NCBI GenBank assembly: GCA_021432655.1
Contig: MU271517.1
Span: forward strand, 3,887 to 51,040
From: Atractiella rhizophila
Taxonomy: Eukaryota
Reading direction: 5' to 3'
Length of the DNA stretch: 47,154 bases
The position numbers were made by a program, and so were the translations under genes. Positions 40,756 to 47,154 of this stretch are shown here, one piece after another. Below the pieces are notes generated by a model. That model made no database searches and was not told where the DNA came from. It saw only the letters and a program-made list of their open reading frames with translations. Each line of letters opens with the position of its first letter. The first letter of the stretch is position 1.

Positions 40756-41963
40756 AAATTGGGGAAAGAAGTCACTGAGCAGGAAATTGGTAAAAGGCTT
40801 AGATAGCGTAAGGATGCGGGTTTAGCAACTGAAAGTTGTCACAAAGTTTGCGCTTGCACTGGCACCTAGAGGTGTTCAATAGGTTTATCCAATAAACTAT
40901 TAGTAGATTAGAAAATAAAAATGTGCCAGTCACTCACTTTCTTTATTATTATTTCCTTTCCAGTTAGATTCTGGATGTGGAAGTGCTGAGAGAGTTTTTG
41001 CCAGGGTTTGCACGGAATGATACCTGTAGCTCCAGATCCTAGACTCGCATGGTGGAGACTTTTCAGCGTCGCTCGCTCAGACACAACTACAGAGGTCCGT
41101 TCATTGTCGTTCCAGCTTCATTGGGATTTGACCTTCCCGTTTGACTTTTGCCCCTGCTTTTGTACCTCAATGAAACCTTTGTGCAAAGAAAACTTTCTAC
41201 CCTTGAGAGAACCATTCTCCCTTCTATGATAATGCGATGTAGGACGAAACTGCTTATTTACTGATAGTAAACCCAAATATTATGAAGGCGTCCCTTTTTC
41301 AGCTCGGTGACGGAGATCAAAAAACATCTGCCAAAAAAAATTGTCTATTACATCCCTTTTCTGGACTCGAGGGACGTTAATCCTTGGTGTCAGTCTTCAA
41401 TCTGTTGGTTGAAATTCTCTCTGACTATTTCCTTCACAGTGTACCCAAGTTTCCATGCACTGTGTGCTCTGACTTCCAGTTGATTGAAGAGTTTTCGCCA
41501 CCTCGGTGGAGTTGTTCACAATGTAGTCTTTCTTTACATGTTCAAGGGTTCCTGAGTATCATCAAATCTGAATATAAAGAGTTGATGGCCAACTAAATAG
41601 GAAACAATCAACATTATAAATTTCGCGAGGGTTGCATATGACACTGAGCGTCGCAAAAAAAAGGGCCACCACAGCAACCGCGTGTCGTTGCCCTTGAGAA
41701 AGCGCAGAGCTATAAAAATCTGCGCTGTCAGAATGCAAAAGGACTTTTGTCCAACAGCGCGCACCATACCCGTCAGAGATCTTGTATGTGCTGTTACTTG
41801 CCGTTACTCCATAAAAGGGGTTTACAGAGGCTAGAACCTCCCCACAGCTTGAGGGACCACCACGACATATGAACAACTACAATTCGTACAACTAGTACTC
41901 CGTGAACTCAAACGATCCCAACTTGCGAGAGTAGGACCTTCCACCCGCGAATATACTAGTCTC

Positions 41964-42033
41964 TGGATTGCCATCCTCAAATATACAAAGAGACGGATGG
42001 ATTGCCATCCTCAAACATACAAAGAGACGGATG
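41964..42033. repeat. 34-bp tandem direct repeat, 2 copies, 1 mismatch
   Basis: tggattgccatcctcaaa(t/c)atacaaagagacgga occurs twice. Confidence 0.95.
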
Positions 42034-42051
42034 ATATCAACACAAACTGCT

Positions 42052-42956
42052 CTACGAAATAGGGACTTCTGGAACGTTAAAGTCCCTCAGGCGGTTGAAA
42101 AACAGGCGTTCCCTCTGAAACCTGCCCTGCCAGAGCATCTCGACCCATCGATCACACCCTCGTGGGACGACATAAAGCATCTTTGTAAACTAGAAAGCAC
42201 ATAAGCGTCCGGATTAAGATATGCCGGAACGCTCACCTCCCAGAACTCGGGCAAAAAAGCTGCACATTCCCAGTCCACAACGGCGGTCACATTCCCAGTC
42301 CGACTATCAGCTAGAATGTTTTCAAAGCTGAGATCGTTGTGCGTAAGCACCGTATTGCGCTCCCCATAATTATCGCAGAACCGCTGCAACTCCAAATCTT
42401 CCCTGCTCGTGTATTTGAGGTTGTATTTATAAAGCTTCGAGAGGAATTGTCCAGCGGTGTCACAAGGAGGCTGGACATCGAAATTATTGAGTCTGTAATC
42501 CATGAAAGGTTTTCCGCCGACTGAACAAACCGCGTAGGGATGTATATTGTGAATGTTTCGGATTGCCTGAACGAAACTACGAAAACTCTGCACAAAATTC
42601 GCGCGTTGTACTTGGTCAAACGAACCAAGTAACTTCATGGAAAGTTGCTCTCCGGGAATGAAAGTCGTGACCATCCAGAAAGTTGTATCCTCTCTGGCAA
42701 CAACATCGAGACAACGTGGAACCGACGTAATGCTTTGCATTTCGAGAAATCTGAGTGTGTTCGCTTCAACGTCGTTACCGCACAATTTTATGCAAATTCC
42801 AAGAGAAGGTAACAAAGTCACCGATTTTACACAGTAGTTTGGCCCTAGTTTGTGTTCTCGTAACACTAAATAATGATAGAGCTTGATCCTCAGGCACCGC
42901 GGAAGTCGAGAGATGCATGAAAACAGAACTCGGACGAGGAAGCCGAACCAATGCAT
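42052..42956 (-). CDS. Aminoglycoside-phosphotransferase/choline-kinase-like (APH) protein
   Basis: EANTLRFL...VPRCLD and LTHNDLSFENIL...VVDWECAAFLPEFWE. A 47-nt intron at 42190-42236 gives WE|FTKML...VPIS*. Confidence 0.88.
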
Positions 42957-43830
42957 GTCGTCAGCCTCATGCAGACGTATCACACCCTAGGCGCACAATT
43001 CGCCGGACTTTGGTAGTGAGTCGAACTTCAGGACAGGAATTGAAAGCGTTTCAGAATGAGGACATCAACCTAACAGGTCAAGATAGCGGGCAAAACGTTC
43101 TACGGTCAGGTCTTCGCAGAATCTCCTTTGAACACCCGAGGTCTATAAAGTCTTGCTGAGACAACAAAAGGATGAACCCAGTGATGAAATGTCGCAATGC
43201 TTTGTCACGAGAATCGCTTGCGGCCGCAAAGGGATGTCCAAGCAGATCGCGGCCAAGGTTAGGAAAGGACGCCACAAAAATGTCAAAGAGGCTGAACACT
43301 GAGATATGTGAGATGGCCGAGAGATTGTGAAAGCCAAGTTACATGTCACGTGCAACGTTTTCTTTGTTTTCTTTCTCGTCCTCCCGGAGACACAGATACA
43401 ATAATCCCGACGGTAACCACTTATTGTAACCACTGGCAGCCCATGGATGCAGATGATCATCAGCTCAGATTGATAGCTCATGGTGCTCAGGAGACATCAA
43501 GTTTCAAGATAATAAGGCCATGAGCTTGGTGTGTACTTCAGTGCATTTTACCATTTTCTTTATTGAGTGGTTGACTTGCGAGTAATAACGAGGGCAATGC
43601 ACTGAGGAATGATATTCGCGACCCTTTCAAATCTAAAGACCAGTTTCGCCCCTTGTCATCGCGTGCTCCGCCAGATAACGCTGACAAACCGGTCTGTGCT
43701 TTCTTAGTGTCCTTGTTTGCGTTTGAATGTCAAGACCTTGTGCCCTTCAAAGAATCTCTAGGTCCTGGTTTACCCCATAAAAGGCTTCGTAGTTGCCGTC
43801 TCATCCCACAACGCGAAGGACATCCAAAGT

Positions 43831-44541
43831 ATGAACAACCAGAATTCAGAAGAGTGGAACTTTCGATTAGATGATCCAGCTTACTACACTCAGATGGATC
43901 TCTGGCCGACAACATCTGGAGGAGCTGGCGCTGCTCCTACCACTGGCCATTCTTCTCAAGCGGAACAAAATGTCCTCCCTGCTAAGCGGTTTCTCGAACT
44001 TAAAACTCTCTATCTCATGCTATTTGGGCTGGATCAGCATAATGCTAGCAATGGCCTGTTTCATTGGGGCCTTTTGGCCACTTCATTGCCTTTTAACGGT
44101 GTCCTGTTCCATGCCGTCGACTCTCTGGACGACGCGACGAACCCTTGGGCTGTTCAGATCCGGGAGGCGTATGACATTACAAACTCCAACAGCGTTGTCC
44201 TAGTGTTGAAGATCGGCCGCATGTCGCCCGTACAATTGCTGGATCAGTTGAAAACCATGGGCTTACAGAGTAAAGATGGAAAATATCATATCGATTTTGC
44301 GACACTTGTCAAAAGATTCTCTCACCACATCCAGCCCAAGGACAAGCGACTTACCTGCAGGGTATTCACGCTAATGGTCGTTTCCTACCTTTGTTCTGAA
44401 AAATTACTTCCTGCCTACAACATGGACGAGCTTGAAAAAGAAGCAATCAGCCTAGCAAAAAGGAATGTGGATTTCATTAATAGAGGCAACAAGGATTTCG
44501 AGCTCCGTCTAGCAGAGTCTCAATTTTTGCGTGGCTACTAG
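43831..44541 (+). CDS. Hypothetical 236-aa protein, intronless, with His...His...Cys motifs
   Basis: Clean ATG-to-stop ORF with globular composition; motifs FHWGLL, LFHAVD and LTCRVF. Confidence 0.7.
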   Translation: MNNQNSEEWNFRLDDPAYYTQMDLWPTTSGGAGAAPTTGHSSQAEQNVLPAKRFLELKTLYLMLFGLDQHNASNGLFHWGLLATSLPFNGVLFHAVDSLDDATNPWAVQIREAYDITNSNSVVLVLKIGRMSPVQLLDQLKTMGLQSKDGKYHIDFATLVKRFSHHIQPKDKRLTCRVFTLMVVSYLCSEKLLPAYNMDELEKEAISLAKRNVDFINRGNKDFELRLAESQFLRGY

Positions 44542-45267
44542 GCAGCACAATTTTTCACTTCCTACGTTAAGACTTCTGTAGTTTACTTTCGATTTCCCGG
44601 TCTTTCTCCAGCTTCTTTCTTTATTTCGCATCTACTGGATGTGGTCTCCTGAGGGGGGATTCAGTTCCTTGCTGTCTGTTTCATACCCATACCTTTGACT
44701 ACCTGTTGCTCATGACTCGTCAGCATAGTAATGTTCTGCAAAATACTATGATGTGCTGGTCATAATCTTGGGCAGATGCTACCAGCCAGCTCGTTGATGC
44801 GGAGCGGGCTTAATCGAGTAGAATTGTACAGCATAAACTGGACGACCTAATTACTAATAGCACTCCTCGTCCATTTCAGTGATTTGAGTGTCATTCTAGC
44901 CGCAAAGCCGCAGCGTCATGTGGCTAAACTGTTGCTCGTAAAGTTCCTCAACGCCGTACATGATGACACGAACACTAGTAGATGTAGGTTGTGAAAGGGA
45001 CTGCTGACATAAGTTAATGATCTCTTTGCCAAGCGTTTACGCTGCCCCGCTGTTCGGACAAAATCATTTCGATGCCAAAGGTGTACCAAGGTACCCAAGA
45101 GTGGATTGCAACAGGGAGTGTAAAACAACGATGGGGTTACATGCTAGTACGGAAAGGAGTCCACTGACTCAATGGCATCCAAATATCTGCTTCGCTGATA
45201 CTCACTCGACCTTCCTCACAATAACAAGAAACAGAATACAGTCCGTCTTCAAAGTTCTATGATTGCT

Positions 45268-47154
45268 TTAAAATGCGACGCCAGCAGGGTACTCAGATCC
45301 AACGCAAGCCGCTGTCATTCCGTCAGCTCCCATTAACGAATGGGGAAGCGATGGACTTACTGCATGTAAAATAATGCTGAGGGTCATATTTTTTCTTAAT
45401 TGAAAGAAGCCTCGAGTAATGATTTCCCCAGAATGAGGATGGCCAACTCAGATCTAGTTCGAATTAAACCAATTCTGCAAAGAGAATGAAGAAAGAGCTC
45501 ACCATCCGGATCTGCTTCGTTGCTTCATTATAAATCGAAGTTCGTGAGCTAAACGTTCGCTTGGAAAAACAAGACACGAACACATAAGAATTGGCAGAGC
45601 CAATGATAGAAGATAAATTGGCTTGTTGTTGAGCACCAATTTCACGAGCCGCCGTCTGCTCAGCTAGAGTAGCTCCCTCGGACCAAGTCGCGTACCTAGA
45701 CGCCGAAGCGTGAGCTAACACCGCCTTCAAGGGAACATGACTATTGGACGCACCAGGCGATGTGAGAAATTGCCGATCGCCAAGCCTAGATGTTGCAGTC
45801 AGCGAGGAACTCAAAAGTAAGGGTAAGACTTACGGGGTTGAGCGCCATGTCTGTTGATCCATTCATAACCTAATTGATGTCAATCGACTTTGCTCTTTAC
45901 AAGCTCTAAAAAGGTGACCAACCTGACCTCCAGGAACTGTTTACAACCCAGTTAGCAATCATCGGTTACAGCTTGGAAAGCCTACCATCAAGGTATTGAA
46001 TTACTGGAAGTGTGGCGAAAAAGGAAGCCATCGCTTCCAACGTGGAGTCATCGTTGAAAGCTGACGCAGGGATAAGCCGCGTGATCATGACTTCAGTTTC
46101 GAGTGGGGTTTCGTGTTGGTTCCTAAGGTCAAGGCCAATTCAGTGGTTTGCGAAACGCTGAACAATAGGGGTTCTGCGTACGCAAAAGGCTCTGTCGTCG
46201 AAACTTCGTACTGACTCGCATACAGAGTAAATGTAACGGCTACGGTGAGTCCGTTTGCGGCCCCCCAGTCCTTTAACGGTTGCCAAAGAGCCTCTTCATC
46301 AGCCTGAGATGTGACATTCGGCTTGAAGGCTGCTCCCACGAGGAGGAATACGGATTGTGTCCCGACCATGAGATCTGACCATCGGTTCTGTTCGAGAGTT
46401 GGGATGAACTTCAAGTATTCCAGCAACGCTGCTTCGTATGTCTTTTTCACTCATAAGTACCTCTATCTAGGGCAAAGAAAAGTGTTACCTCCTGCGAGGT
46501 GGCCACGATCTGGAAGTTGGCGACCAGTTCATTTGTGACTGGAGGATGTGTCTTGAGAGTCCAAGATACGATGACCTATTCGACAAGTTGTTATAAGAAG
46601 AGCAACCACAAAGAAAGAAAGCGTACGCCAAAACCTGAACCACCTCCACGGATAGCCCACCAAAGATCTGTGTGGGAATTCTGCAGTTTGAAGTAAGCAC
46701 TGGGCCCTAAAACAACGATGCAAAGGAATTGCAGACCTCATTGACCGTGAGCAGCACACCAGCGGCGGTGACAATCTGAAATTCCAACACCTGATCTACG
46801 GAGAGCCCCAAGCTTCGAGAATAACGGGAATGTCCACCGCCCTATGAATATAGGCGTTATTCTCTGATGGCTCTCTGCGAAGGTGAAGACGAACCAGTGT
46901 GTATCCAGAGACGGAGACGGAGTCACATCCACCCCCAATCACGACGACACCAGCTTCATTGGCAGCTGCGTATAACTCTAGGGGAAGCAGTTTAGAAAGG
47001 AAGGGCAGACAAATGAGGACGCACCAAAGAATTGGACACCGGCTCCAACAGTGACAGCACTGCCTTTGCCGTTGAAGTCATCGTGGAACTCAATGTCTTT
47101 GAGGCTATGGATCGAAATGGCGAAAGCACCCTTCGCGCTCGAACCTGTCTTTAT
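45268..47154 (-). CDS. Second BBE-like FAD-linked oxidoreductase, 5' part outside the window
   Basis: GSSAKGAFAISIHSLKDI, GGGHSRYSRSLGLSVDQVLEF, WAIRGGGSGFG, GAAFKPNVTSQADEE and CVGSEYPAGVAF*; close paralog of 19076..21689. Confidence 0.9.

Noticed and set aside
42052..42956. Horizontally acquired bacterial antibiotic-resistance gene
   Set aside because: It has a spliceosomal intron, and APH-like kinases are common in fungi.
19076..47154. Secondary-metabolite gene cluster around the BBE oxidases
   Set aside because: There is no PKS, NRPS or terpene backbone gene in the window, and the intervening genes are housekeeping (RPC2, NPR3).
1..47154. tRNA, rRNA, CRISPR arrays or intact transposons
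   Set aside because: None recognised by eye; tRNAscan, Infernal and repeat searches were not run.

Overview
Intron-rich fungal DNA, probably basidiomycete (inferred from short GT-AG introns and the protein sequences). Genes, left to right: a helical-repeat, exportin-like gene cut off by the window start; a possible orphan; an Aim18/Aim46-like chalcone-isomerase-fold gene; a Gap1-family amino-acid permease; an HMG-box transcription factor; a mitochondrial 2-oxodicarboxylate carrier; a secreted BBE-like FAD oxidase; RNA polymerase III subunit RPC2; a ~5.5 kb tandem duplication of an uncharacterised two-module membrane protein (one copy decayed); NPR3; an APH-like kinase with a pseudogene twin; an orphan with a His/Cys motif pair; and a second BBE-like oxidase cut off by the window end. 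The most striking feature is 6796-~10375, directly after a 25-N gap. This ~3.6 kb block is reversed without being complemented. Its complement, read left to right, gives the apparent 3' UTR of the HMG gene and then the spliced N-terminal half of the permease, whose C-terminal half lies normally on the other side of the gap. This is most likely an assembly or processing artefact, and it hides the gene from six-frame ORF calling. All exon boundaries were read by eye, with no database searches.
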